Assembly (NCBI GenBank): GCA_021789195.1
Contig: JAJYJU010000001.1
Span: 1-50,967 of the forward strand
From: a bacterium
GTDB taxonomy: Bacteria; Patescibacteriota; Saccharimonadia; Saccharimonadales; UBA4665
Reading direction: 5' to 3'
Length of the DNA: 50,967 nt
The first letter of the stretch is position 1. Each line of letters starts with the position of its first letter. Shown in pieces: positions 30,201 to 39,013 of this stretch. Made by a program: the position numbers and the translations under genes. The notes beneath the pieces are model-generated. The model had not been told where the DNA came from. It did no database searches and saw only the letters and a program-made list of their open reading frames with translations.

Positions 30201-30256
30201 AACTATTTAAGCCTATTATAGCTTATTTAAAGTCTAGATAAGGTGTTCTTTGGTTT

Positions 30257-30763
30257 TTATAGAGCAGCTTCAAGCGCAGCCCACTCGGCGTTGTCGTCTT
30301 CAGGAATGTTTACACTGACTTGATCGCCTGGTTTTGCCTTAAAGTATGTAACGCTGGCAAGAAGAACACGGTATTTCTTGTCGCCTACGCTAACTAAATA
30401 ATGCCCGTTCTCTAGATTTAGAGCTCCTACGACTTGTTTGCGAGGCACCGGACCAATTTGCTTGTATAGAAAAGCACCGTCATCGGAGATTGTCAGCTTA
30501 AGAATGTCGCCTTGAACCAGCTTGGATTTTGATGCGTAGTTTGCAGGTACTGGATATGTTTTACTATCACTACCAACCATGTTCTGGCCGTCAAATACAC
30601 CTTCAATAATCTTGCCTAGAGCTTCATCTGTAGCTATTGGGGCAATCTTTTCATCATCACCTACTAAGCTAATCAGTAACTCATTAGCAGCAGCTATATT
30701 GGTCTCAGCTTCTCTGATTAGTGAGCGTAACCGTTTGATTTGTTTGTCAGGTACGTCTGGCAT
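30257..30763 (-). CDS. Conserved hypothetical protein of a type recalled from CPR genomes (N-terminal coiled coil plus beta-rich repeats)
   Basis: IIEGVFDGQNMVG.D.K.YPVPANYASKSKLV.GD.LKLTI...YKQIGP; has its own promoter and GGAGG upstream. Confidence 0.8.
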   Translation of the reverse strand: MPDVPDKQIKRLRSLIREAETNIAAANELLISLVGDDEKIAPIATDEALGKIIEGVFDGQNMVGSDSKTYPVPANYASKSKLVQGDILKLTISDDGAFLYKQIGPVPRKQVVGALNLENGHYLVSVGDKKYRVLLASVTYFKAKPGDQVSVNIPEDDNAEWAALEAAL

Positions 30764-30827
30764 TTCTTAACTCTGTTTTGCTTCCTCCGACTCTATCGGT
30801 ATTTGTTAGTACACTACAGTTGCTAAT

Positions 30828-30856
30828 AAACTAACATTTTAAGAGCACAAAGTCAA
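30828..30856 (-). promoter_or_regulatory. Sigma-70 promoter for the hypothetical gene
   Basis: -35 TTGACT (30856-30851), 17 bp spacer, TGn-extended -10 TAGTTT (30833-30828). Confidence 0.6.
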
Positions 30857-30883
30857 AGTGTTCTTGTGGATAAAGAACACTTT
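30855..30883. terminator. Inverted repeat downstream of rplL (probable terminator)
   Basis: AAAGTGTTCTT-gtggata-AAGAACACTTT, perfect 11-bp stem. Confidence 0.65.
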
Positions 30884-30901
30884 TAATTATGCTGTGTATA
30901 A
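30865..30901 (-). promoter_or_regulatory. Two DnaA boxes
   Basis: TTATCCACA (30873-30865) and TTATACACA (30901-30893), both exact TTATNCACA matches, same orientation. Confidence 0.65.
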
Positions 30902-30922
30902 CTAGATTGGAGCTTACTTAGA

Positions 30923-31303
30923 TTAAGCTAGCTCAACTGTAGCGCCGGCTTCTTCAAGTTTCTTCTTAGCTTCTTCGGCATCTTCAGTCTTAGCTTTTTC
31001 TAAAATGGTCTTTGGCGCTCCATCAACTAAAGCTTTTGCTTCACCTAGGCCAAGGTTGGTGATATCTTTTACAGCCTTAATGACTGCAACCTTTTGGCTA
31101 CCGGCGTCCTTTAGTACGACGTCATATTCACTTTTTGTTTCAGCGGCAGGAGCAGCTTCACCACCAGCGGCAGGAGCAGCAACGGCAGCAACGGCTGCGG
31201 CTGGCTCAATGCCATATTTGTCTTTTAAGGTGTTACTTAGTTCATTTACCTCTAGAACTGTCAATCCGACTAATTCTTCGGCTAGTTTCTCGATATTTGC
31301 CAT
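30923..31303 (-). CDS. rplL: 50S ribosomal protein L7/L12
   Basis: LTVLEVNEL, Ala-rich hinge, KVAVIKAVK...[32 protein letters not shown]. Confidence 0.98.
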   Translation of the reverse strand: MANIEKLAEELVGLTVLEVNELSNTLKDKYGIEPAAAVAAVAAPAAGGEAAPAAETKSEYDVVLKDAGSQKVAVIKAVKDITNLGLGEAKALVDGAPKTILEKAKTEDAEEAKKKLEEAGATVELA

Positions 31304-31316
31304 ATAATCTCCTTAA

Positions 31317-31844
31317 TTATGCCTTTGCGGCTTTAGTTTCTAGTGCAGCCAGTATACCTGGAAGTCCAGAACTGGTTGCGCTAACCACACTTCTTATTGG
31401 CGAGCCAAGTAAGGCTACTACGCTTGCAATTAATTGTGGTTTGCTTGGAAGTTCGGCCAAGGCTTTAACTTCATCGGCACCAAGCCAGCTTCCTTCTGGA
31501 GTAATTGCTCCAATGAAAGCTAAGGTTGGGGTCATCTTTGCAAAATTAGCTAAGCTATTGGCGGCTGCTACTTCGTCCTGATCATTGAAAGCATAGGCTA
31601 ACATACCTTCAAGCGGTGATGCGTCCAGTTGCTTAAACTGACTGAGTTTAGATAGAGCCTGTACAACCAAGCGGTTTTTCACAACTTTAACGGTTGTGCC
31701 GTTTTCTTTTGCCTGTCGCCTTAAACTTTGCATGCTTTTAACAGGCGTACCTTGGTAACTGACAATCACAGTCATTTTCGAACTACTAAGTAAATCACTT
31801 ATGCTCGATACGACTTCTTCTTTTTTAACTCTAGATAGAGGCAT
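31317..31844 (-). CDS. rplJ: 50S ribosomal protein L10
   Basis: KKEEVV, YQG..V..MQ.LRR, KVVKNRL, LAELPSK.QL. Confidence 0.95.
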   Translation of the reverse strand: MPLSRVKKEEVVSSISDLLSSSKMTVIVSYQGTPVKSMQSLRRQAKENGTTVKVVKNRLVVQALSKLSQFKQLDASPLEGMLAYAFNDQDEVAAANSLANFAKMTPTLAFIGAITPEGSWLGADEVKALAELPSKPQLIASVVALLGSPIRSVVSATSSGLPGILAALETKAAKA

Positions 31845-31869
31845 TAAATCTATCCTTATTTAAATATTG

Positions 31870-32000
31870 ATGCTTACGATTTTATCGACCAATAAATTCA
31901 GCTCGTAAGGCTGGCTGATAGTTGCTTATATAAAACTAATAGAGTTATTAAACCTCGGCGACATTATCAAGGAGACTACTCCCGTCGCTGTCTTTAGCAA
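31870..32000 (-). ncRNA. L10 leader (L10(L12)n autoregulatory RNA)
   Basis: Minus strand TAAAGACAGCGAC-gggagtagtctcctt-gataatGTCGCCGAGGTT matches the AAGAC..CCGAGG kink-turn core of L10 leaders. Promoter TTGTAA-18-TAAAAT (32040-32011) lies just upstream. Confidence 0.8.
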
Positions 32001-32055
32001 CTTAGATACAATTTTATCAGAGATGATATATATATTACAACCCCTTAGAAAACTA

Positions 32056-32084
32056 TTGACATCTAATATCGTTAGAGTTACGCT
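32056..32084 (+). promoter_or_regulatory. Sigma-70 promoter for the 32107 ORF
   Basis: TTGACA (32056-32061), 17 bp, TACGCT (32079-32084). Confidence 0.6.
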
Positions 32085-32106
32085 TGTTGTCGGTTTTTAA
32101 AAATAT

Positions 32107-32700
32107 ATGAGTGAAGTGAAATTAATTGAAGAAGAGGCCGAACGCCATGTTTTATGCATTGGTGGAGTATATTTTGATTCCCGCCTACACCTTCTCGAGT
32201 CTAATTTTAAATATGAAACTGCTAAAAAAAGAAAACATAGCGCCGATGAGATTCAAGAACTCACAACCTCATTAAATCTTGGTAGACAGGTACTACGAGT
32301 GATGTCTCATATTTTTGTGACCGGCAGACCAATTTCTAGGGCGATTGATGACCCACGTTTCTCGCATGAATTAATGAACAGTGAAATAGCTAGATTCACC
32401 GCTAAATTACATGGTCTTGATGAAGCAAATAATTTAACTATTCCTAGGGCAGATTTGTCTGATGCCAGGTCTAAAATATATTCTGCTCAACTCGAAGACT
32501 ATTATTTAAAGGGACCTTATGAAGCACTACTGGCTACTTCTATTAATGATGATGGTCAGGATGAAGCATTTGAATCAGGGTTTGGTCGTGCATTAGAGTT
32601 TTCGCTTGAAGATACGCCGACTATTACTAAGATTTGTTACGGATATATTGGATTTAGCGCTCTTACGCTTGAAAAATTACAAACTGTTAGTTCTTTGTAG
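32107..32700 (+). CDS. Hypothetical protein
   Basis: 197-aa soluble ORF with its own promoter; no motif recognised. Confidence 0.65.
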   Translation: MSEVKLIEEEAERHVLCIGGVYFDSRLHLLESNFKYETAKKRKHSADEIQELTTSLNLGRQVLRVMSHIFVTGRPISRAIDDPRFSHELMNSEIARFTAKLHGLDEANNLTIPRADLSDARSKIYSAQLEDYYLKGPYEALLATSINDDGQDEAFESGFGRALEFSLEDTPTITKICYGYIGFSALTLEKLQTVSSL

Positions 32701-34999
32701 AGCGATTATCAAGTTTTTTTAGCTTGAATTGAGCGTACCTTTCGGCGGCAAGCCTGGTTAGCTCTGGATCCTCGTCACGGTTCACAAATATCATGGCCTC
32801 GGTTAGGAGTGGATGTACTTCGCTTAATTGTTCATGCATCGACTTAACTAGACTTCTGTAGCCTGGATGCCCTTGAGGTGTTGTTCTAAGTTCGTGCAAA
32901 TGAAAAGCTTCTCTGGCGTTATATGTTATTTTCCAGCGCATGCGGTGGCCTAATAAAGTTGCGTACTGAGCTTCGTTTTCATAACCAGCTGAATACAGCT
33001 CACTGTGTAGTTTCAGAGATAAATCAAAGGCCTTTTCAAATAAATCAGTTAAATTGGCTTTTTCAACTAATTCAGGGATGTCATATCCGTATCTAGGCGT
33101 AAGTTTCTGCCAGGCTAAATCATCCACCATGCGGTGGCGCTGCAGGTCTCTAAATATACCGTAATCACATAATATGTCCCAGCTGTAATGAGCTTTTTCT
33201 AAGGCTCTTCCGGGACGATGGCGACGGTTAAGTCTTTCGCCACAATAGGTTTTTATAACTTCCATTTTCTGTTCATAGTTCCACTTCGCTACCATTTGCT
33301 TAATGGTACTTATGGGCAGATCGCTATATTCATATAGCATGTCAGGTATTAAATCCAGCTCATTCTTTGGCCAGACATCAACTAATGTCGCTTTATCTTC
33401 GGAGCTAGGTGTCATTGTTTGATTCAACTGTTTCTTAGCTAACTTTTGCATGGCCTGAGCCGTATTTGCTTTGTAGGCTATCATTGCGCCACCGCGGTCC
33501 GGTTTGTCTGCGCGCTCTAGAAACATTGGTAAGATTTTTCTGGCTTCGTTTAGCATTGCCTGCCCGACCGTTCTGGCTTCATTCATGTCATCGGCTAATA
33601 GATGCATAATTAGAGATTCAATTGCCTGTCCTGAGGCAAATATGCCAACTGTAGATTTGGTTGCTACTGGTAACATTGGTCTGGCGGCGTCACAGGCTTG
33701 TGCTTTTACCGAAGATCTAAAAGCAGCATCGCGCTCATTTGTAGGCACGCTGCTGTTTTGTGCTATGAAGTCGCTTAGTTTATGAACCAGCTCTGAATAG
33801 GCGTCAAAAATCTGATCCATAATCTTAACGTAGCTGTTCTTTGATTTTGCCTTTAAAGAATCAGGCACATAGTAACGGTATTTATTGTTTTTATCCTTCT
33901 TATCGTAATAAATATATCTCGTGGATTGCTCAAGGTAGGCAGCCAGTCTGCCCCATTCAAGCTTCTTAGTAAGTAAATTAGAAGCGTTTTCAACTACCAT
34001 ATGGATACCGGCGAGCTGCTGAACCGAATCATCTCCGTAAGCTGTTATGACTCTTTTTAATAAATCGCCATCTTTATCCTTATTAGCAGCAAACTCATCA
34101 AGCAATGTTATGCGCATGTCGTCACCACGTCGGCTTAGTCTGGCCATTGCTGCCGCTACGGTTGGTGGTGAGAAATAATCGTAAAAGCCATAAACATCGC
34201 CCTTAGGATCTGTTACGGCTTCGGCTAAGACTTTCTCACCGGTTTCAGTGATTGAAATGACTTCTTTCTGCTTAATAAGGAGCGGTTCTAAAGCATTAGG
34301 TTGTTCTTGAATTGGAGGTGCAATTGACGGAGCTTTATTAGAAGATTGTAAAGCGTTCTGTTTGACTTCACTTCTAATTTTCAGGACTTCTACAACATGC
34401 TTCCAGATACGATCTGCTACCTCATCAACCGAGCCGGTTGCGACGACTATAGGAATGCCTCTTTGATTAGCTTCCCACAAATACCCGGCCCGTACCCGCT
34501 CGAGAAAACTGGCATCTAGGTTATCAAATCGCTCGCCGGCATTTCTGTGTTTTTGACGTTCGACTAGTTGTTGTACGGGCGCATCTAGAACAATAGTTAA
34601 ATCTGGCTCTACGCCGTTCACCGCAAATGAAATAATATTATTAATAGTCTCGTAATTTGGAACATCACCTCTGCCGTAATACTGAACTCCCAAAGTTGTC
34701 AGATAGTTTCGATCAACTACGCAGTTAACGCCATAATTTGTGCTTTGAGCTATAACTTGTAGTGACTGAGACCGGGCGGCGTTATATAGCAGGACCTCAG
34801 TATTAGTATTCATTGGATAGAGCGGATCTTGAGTTAGTTGGCGAATAGCACGAGCTGTTAAATCACTTTGGGAATCTGGTTCACGCATGACTCTTACCGG
34901 CAAACCGGCTACGCTTAATCGTCTAGATAACTCTTGAACTTGAGTGGACTTACCAACTCCTTCAGGACCTTCAATAACAATGTACTTACCCTTAATCAT
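32687..34999 (-). CDS. thyX: Fused thymidylate kinase (N-term) and tandem-domain FAD-dependent thymidylate synthase ThyX (C-term)
   Basis: Tmk: YIVIEGPEGVGKSTQ, REP, LLY.AAR, DR.Y, PDL.IVLD. ThyX: AYGDDSV, EQSTRY, RDLQRHR, ELRT.PQGH..YR. Confidence 0.9.
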   Translation of the reverse strand: MIKGKYIVIEGPEGVGKSTQVQELSRRLSVAGLPVRVMREPDSQSDLTARAIRQLTQDPLYPMNTNTEVLLYNAARSQSLQVIAQSTNYGVNCVVDRNYLTTLGVQYYGRGDVPNYETINNIISFAVNGVEPDLTIVLDAPVQQLVERQKHRNAGERFDNLDASFLERVRAGYLWEANQRGIPIVVATGSVDEVADRIWKHVVEVLKIRSEVKQNALQSSNKAPSIAPPIQEQPNALEPLLIKQKEVISITETGEKVLAEAVTDPKGDVYGFYDYFSPPTVAAAMARLSRRGDDMRITLLDEFAANKDKDGDLLKRVITAYGDDSVQQLAGIHMVVENASNLLTKKLEWGRLAAYLEQSTRYIYYDKKDKNNKYRYYVPDSLKAKSKNSYVKIMDQIFDAYSELVHKLSDFIAQNSSVPTNERDAAFRSSVKAQACDAARPMLPVATKSTVGIFASGQAIESLIMHLLADDMNEARTVGQAMLNEARKILPMFLERADKPDRGGAMIAYKANTAQAMQKLAKKQLNQTMTPSSEDKATLVDVWPKNELDLIPDMLYEYSDLPISTIKQMVAKWNYEQKMEVIKTYCGERLNRRHRPGRALEKAHYSWDILCDYGIFRDLQRHRMVDDLAWQKLTPRYGYDIPELVEKANLTDLFEKAFDLSLKLHSELYSAGYENEAQYATLLGHRMRWKITYNAREAFHLHELRTTPQGHPGYRSLVKSMHEQLSEVHPLLTEAMIFVNRDEDPELTRLAAERYAQFKLKKLDNRSTKN

Positions 35000-35705
35000 A
35001 TGCCATGCCGTCTATTTTTTTAGGCATTAATCTGGTGTCTTTGTAGGCTCTCGGTAGCATCATGTCAGGAGACCAGGTTCTAATAAGAGTTTCTAAGTCA
35101 GTACCTTGCTGGTATTTGCCACTAAACCCATTGTCTCTACCTTCACCGTATGAGCCTTCAACAGGTCCGGTTTCATGAAAAACTGCCTGAGCAATACGTT
35201 CGCCGACCGGCAATAATACTGTTTCGCGCTGATTTAAGTTATATATCTCTAGTGTTAAGCGATTAATGTAGCCGGGGTCTACCCAGCCGGCATCAAAGCA
35301 GACCGCTATGCCGTTTCTGCCCCAGCTACTACGACTTTTCAACTCATAGGCACCTGGAGGCAGTATGCCAAAGAATTCATGGGTGTGAGCAAGTATTCTC
35401 TCGCCTGGCTTAAGGCTGATTACCGGATGGTCTAGCGGAATATTGTTTTGTGGCATGAAGCGGTTAAGTTTAGACCAATCTTTGTGTGGCATGGCCTTAA
35501 ATGGGCCATCAAAGTATCTCTCTACATCTTCTTTATCGAAAGGGTTGTAGATAGTACGGTCGTTTGAACGCTCAATGCGATAGTAATAATAGCCAAGGGT
35601 TACGTCCATGCTGGCATGGGCAACGTGTTTAGGATTGAAAGGCACGCAAATGATATGCCCATTTTCAACTGCATCACGGATTTGGGTATTGCTATAAACT
35701 CCCAA
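34992..35705 (-). CDS. dcd: dCTP deaminase
   Basis: ASMDVTLG, L.PGERILAHT.E, RSSWGR.G, AGWVDPGY..RLTLEIYN, RIAQ, GKYQ; TTG start with GAGGA upstream. Confidence 0.9.
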   Translation of the reverse strand: MGVYSNTQIRDAVENGHIICVPFNPKHVAHASMDVTLGYYYYRIERSNDRTIYNPFDKEDVERYFDGPFKAMPHKDWSKLNRFMPQNNIPLDHPVISLKPGERILAHTHEFFGILPPGAYELKSRSSWGRNGIAVCFDAGWVDPGYINRLTLEIYNLNQRETVLLPVGERIAQAVFHETGPVEGSYGEGRDNGFSGKYQQGTDLETLIRTWSPDMMLPRAYKDTRLMPKKIDGMAYD

Positions 35706-35830
35706 AGGAGTGTTTCCTCACACTATTTATGAATATATTTTACTAAGATTATTGCATTCTAGGCAAGCTTGCGCATAACTTAAGTACAAATTACATCTAT
35801 TTTTACGCTACAATAGACTAATCAGCAGAA

Positions 35831-37534
35831 ATGAATAAATCAAGATTTACCTTTAAGCAGAGCCATATTGTAACTATCGTTAGCTTTTTTGTCGGGTTAT
35901 ACGGTATCTATATAATTGCCACAACTCTGCTAGATCAATTTTTTGTGCATCGCATGCACTTCTTAACAAGTGCCATAATCGATGTTCATCTTTTATTCGG
36001 TCTTGGATTTGTATATTTAAGCTTACTGCTGGCCAGACGTAAACGTAATGCAATGATCCTTGGCGTACTGGCGTTCGCTTTTTTGCTAGGCGAAGGAACA
36101 AATGAGGTAATCAATAACTTACATGCCGGCCGATTTACGTTATCGATACTGCTTCGTTACGTTATCCTACCGGTTTTAATCTTAGGACTGCTTATTTTAA
36201 CCAGGCGAGAGTATAGAGTAAAAAGTGACATTGAGGCATTTAAAAGCTCCTTATCCCTAGCTTTAATCGTCATAATAATTACTCTTGCATATGGAGTCGG
36301 AGGCTTTATGCTAATGGATAACAGCGATTTTAGAACTGAACTAGGCTTTTCTAGCTCTTTACATTATACGATTGACCAGTTTGACTTAACTACTAATCAC
36401 CCGCTACACCCCTACACTAAAAAAGCCAGATTATTCATGGATTCACTGTCTTTTGTAAGCGTTGCTTCTGCTACTTTTTTGCTTGTTTCACTAGTACAAC
36501 CCGTAAGAGCCAGGTTAGTTGATCAAACTGAGCAGAGACAAAAATTAAAGACTTTGTTAGATAAATACAAGGCGCCTAGTGAGGATTTCTTTAAATTGTG
36601 GCCACATGACAAACACTATTTCTTTTCGCGTAATGAAGACGCAGCGATTGCTTATAGGACCAAGAGTGGCGTCGCCATGATTCTGGCTGACCCTGTTGGT
36701 AATGAGGCGGCTTTTAAGCAGTTACTCAAGGATTTCAGTGAACTTTGTTATGCCAATGACTGGCAACCGGCATTAATACATGTTGATGGTAAATACCGCA
36801 AGCTGTATGAATCAAATGGTTTTACATTGCAATTAATTGGTCAGGAAGCATTTGTTGATGTAAGTAAGTTTTGCGAGCAAACCGCATCAAACAAGTATTT
36901 CCGAAACATTAGAAATCGTTTTGATAAAGAGAACTTCTCTTTTGAGCTCTTATCTCCACCCCATCATCAAGCCGTTATAGATCGTCTTAAGGACATTTCT
37001 AATGATTGGCTAAGCAAACCGGGCCGGACCGAACGTGGTTTTGTGATGGGTTACTACAACGAGGAATATGCTCAACAGTGCGATCTAGCAATAGTAAGAG
37101 ACGCGGCTCAGACTATTCAAGCATTTATTAATTTAATACCATCTAACAGCTTTAATGATCATGAAGTAACTTACGACATGTTAAGAGCGGCTGCTGTGGC
37201 TCCGCCAAATACCAATGACTATTTGCTATATAGCTTGCTCCATAAACTTAAAGAACGTGGAGTCAAGACGCTTAGTTTAGGCTTATCCCCTTTAGTTGGC
37301 TTGGACGAGTCAGATGAAGAATCTAATTTGATTTCAAGTGTTTTAAGGTTTGCTTATGTGAACGGTGATCGATTTTACTCGTTTAGCGGTTTAAAGCGTT
37401 TTAAAGCCAAATATGATCCTATCTGGGAAGATCGATACTTAGGCTATAAAGGGGGCATAGCCGGTTTTAGCAAGATGCTCAACTCTTTAATGCTGGCTAT
37501 GCGACTACCTAAAAAAGTTAAACTAAAACGCTAA
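35831..37534 (+). CDS. Aminoacyl-phosphatidylglycerol synthase (MprF/LysX-type synthase module with about 6 TM helices; DUF2156/LPG_synthase_C)
   Basis: DKHYFF, AYR, ADPVG, IGQEA, ERGFVMG, YDMLR, LGLSPL, FYSFSGLKRFKAKY.P.WE.RYL. Confidence 0.88.
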   Translation: MNKSRFTFKQSHIVTIVSFFVGLYGIYIIATTLLDQFFVHRMHFLTSAIIDVHLLFGLGFVYLSLLLARRKRNAMILGVLAFAFLLGEGTNEVINNLHAGRFTLSILLRYVILPVLILGLLILTRREYRVKSDIEAFKSSLSLALIVIIITLAYGVGGFMLMDNSDFRTELGFSSSLHYTIDQFDLTTNHPLHPYTKKARLFMDSLSFVSVASATFLLVSLVQPVRARLVDQTEQRQKLKTLLDKYKAPSEDFFKLWPHDKHYFFSRNEDAAIAYRTKSGVAMILADPVGNEAAFKQLLKDFSELCYANDWQPALIHVDGKYRKLYESNGFTLQLIGQEAFVDVSKFCEQTASNKYFRNIRNRFDKENFSFELLSPPHHQAVIDRLKDISNDWLSKPGRTERGFVMGYYNEEYAQQCDLAIVRDAAQTIQAFINLIPSNSFNDHEVTYDMLRAAAVAPPNTNDYLLYSLLHKLKERGVKTLSLGLSPLVGLDESDEESNLISSVLRFAYVNGDRFYSFSGLKRFKAKYDPIWEDRYLGYKGGIAGFSKMLNSLMLAMRLPKKVKLKR

Positions 37535-38443
37535 CTTTAAAGCTGGCCCCATTGAAGTAGTTAAATGGGAGCTTAGAATATATGTTCCTTTGATGCTGGC
37601 CGGCTTGTTACCGTTAACGCTGGTCATTACAGCATTTAGATTTTCCAGTAATTGTTCAGGTTTAAAGCTTGATTTGCCAATAGGAATATGTAGGTTGCCC
37701 CCGTTATCTACCCTATATTCAACTTTGCCAGATTTAGCTTCAGTAACGGCTTGGGCAATATTGGTTGTAACCGTACCGCTCTTTGGGTTTGGCATGAGTC
37801 CACGCGGACCCAAGACACGGGCGTACTTGCCAAGTTTAGGCATTTGGGTAGGGGTGGCAATTAGGACATCGAAACTAAAACTGCCGGCTTCAAGTTCCTT
37901 TACTACATTAGCTTCGCCGACTAAGTCAGCACCGGCTTTATCGGCTGCTTTTGCTTCTTCACCATCTACAAATACTGCAACTCGGAGTTTTTTGCCACTA
38001 CCGGCCGGGAGCATAACATTGTCTCGAATATTTTGATCGGCCTGCTTAGGATCAACGTTTAGACGAATATGAAGCTCAACGGTTGCGTCAAACTTCACTG
38101 GATTTGTACTACCTATAAGTTTCGTAGCTTCTTCGGCGTTGTAGCGCTTATTTATGTCGATTAAGGAGTATTTTTCTCGATATGCCTTTGCGCGTCGCTC
38201 AAGGCGTGTGCGTGTCTTAGGCTGTGCTTTAGCTTTCTTGGGAGCCTCATCTTTAGCTTCTTCTTTAGTAGCTAATTTGCGCTCTTCCTTAGCTTGTTTA
38301 GCTTCACCTTCTGCTAGAGATTTAGCACTACGCTTGCCGGCTTTAGCTGTATTAACTACCTTTTCCTTAACTTCACTTTTTTTGGTATTAGTTTTAGCCG
38401 CTACTTTAGCTTTTTCGCCTTCGGTCTTCTTAGTCGTTGCCAT
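37523..38443 (-). CDS. rplA: 50S ribosomal protein L1 with long basic N-terminal extension
   Basis: KFDATVELH, LPAGSGK, LGPRGLMPNPKSGTVT, TTSMGP. Confidence 0.97.
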   Translation of the reverse strand: MATTKKTEGEKAKVAAKTNTKKSEVKEKVVNTAKAGKRSAKSLAEGEAKQAKEERKLATKEEAKDEAPKKAKAQPKTRTRLERRAKAYREKYSLIDINKRYNAEEATKLIGSTNPVKFDATVELHIRLNVDPKQADQNIRDNVMLPAGSGKKLRVAVFVDGEEAKAADKAGADLVGEANVVKELEAGSFSFDVLIATPTQMPKLGKYARVLGPRGLMPNPKSGTVTTNIAQAVTEAKSGKVEYRVDNGGNLHIPIGKSSFKPEQLLENLNAVMTSVNGNKPASIKGTYILSSHLTTSMGPALKLAF

Positions 38444-38458
38444 TATTATTGTCCTTTC

Positions 38459-38499
38459 GTGGTACTAACGGCGCAGTATATATTCTGCTAACCTCCCAC
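38459..38499 (-). promoter_or_regulatory. L1-binding mRNA site between rplK and rplA
   Basis: GTGGGAGG-ttagcagaatatatactgcg-CCGTTAGTACCAC, the GUGGGAG...CCG..A.CCAC L1 target fold, directly before the AAAGGA RBS. Confidence 0.8.
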
Positions 38500-38515
38500 A
38501 ATTAATGATTATCTA

Positions 38516-38944
38516 TTACTCGACTTCAACGCCCATACTACGGGCTGTGCCTGCCACCATTTTCTTTACGGCTTCGATATCGTCAGTATTCATGTCTTTA
38601 GCTTTATCTTCAGCTATCTTAGTAAGGTCGGATTGAGACAGTTTCTTAGCAATCTTCTCGCTATTTGGACGGCCGGATCCCTTATCTATCTTTAAAGCTG
38701 AACGAATTCTATCGTCTGTAGGAGTACTAACGTATCTAAAATCAATACTGCGGTCTTCATAGACAGTAATGTGGACTGTCAATTCCGATCCCTGCATTTC
38801 CTTAGTTTGCTCATTGAATGGATTAATGAAATCCATCATATTGACTCCGTATTGACCAAGTGTACTGCCTACTGGAGGCGCAGCACTAGCTTGCCCGGCA
38901 CGGATTTTCATCTTCAAATTAGCCTTAACGGCTTTGTTTGCCAT
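38516..38944 (-). CDS. rplK: 50S ribosomal protein L11
   Basis: AGQA..APPVG..LGQYGVNMMDF..FN, GTARSMGV. Confidence 0.97.
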   Translation of the reverse strand: MANKAVKANLKMKIRAGQASAAPPVGSTLGQYGVNMMDFINPFNEQTKEMQGSELTVHITVYEDRSIDFRYVSTPTDDRIRSALKIDKGSGRPNSEKIAKKLSQSDLTKIAEDKAKDMNTDDIEAVKKMVAGTARSMGVEVE

Positions 38945-38980
38945 TATATCTCCTTAAAATATGGTGCGTAACAGATGAGT

Positions 38981-39009
38981 ATTGTATCAATTATGGTTTA
39001 CTTTAGCAA
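38981..39009 (-). promoter_or_regulatory. Sigma-70 promoter of rplK-rplA
   Basis: TTGCTA (39009-39004), 17 bp, TGn-extended TACAAT (38986-38981). Confidence 0.7.
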
Positions 39010-39013
39010 ACCC

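Noticed and set aside
30764..30922. oriC at the DnaA-box pair
   Set aside because: Only two boxes in about 160 bp, no dnaA/dnaN nearby, and core genes stay on the minus strand on both sides. GC skew could not be computed.
31140..31205. Repeat CAGCGGCAGGAGCAGC occurring twice
   Set aside because: It encodes the Ala/Pro-rich hinge of L7/L12.
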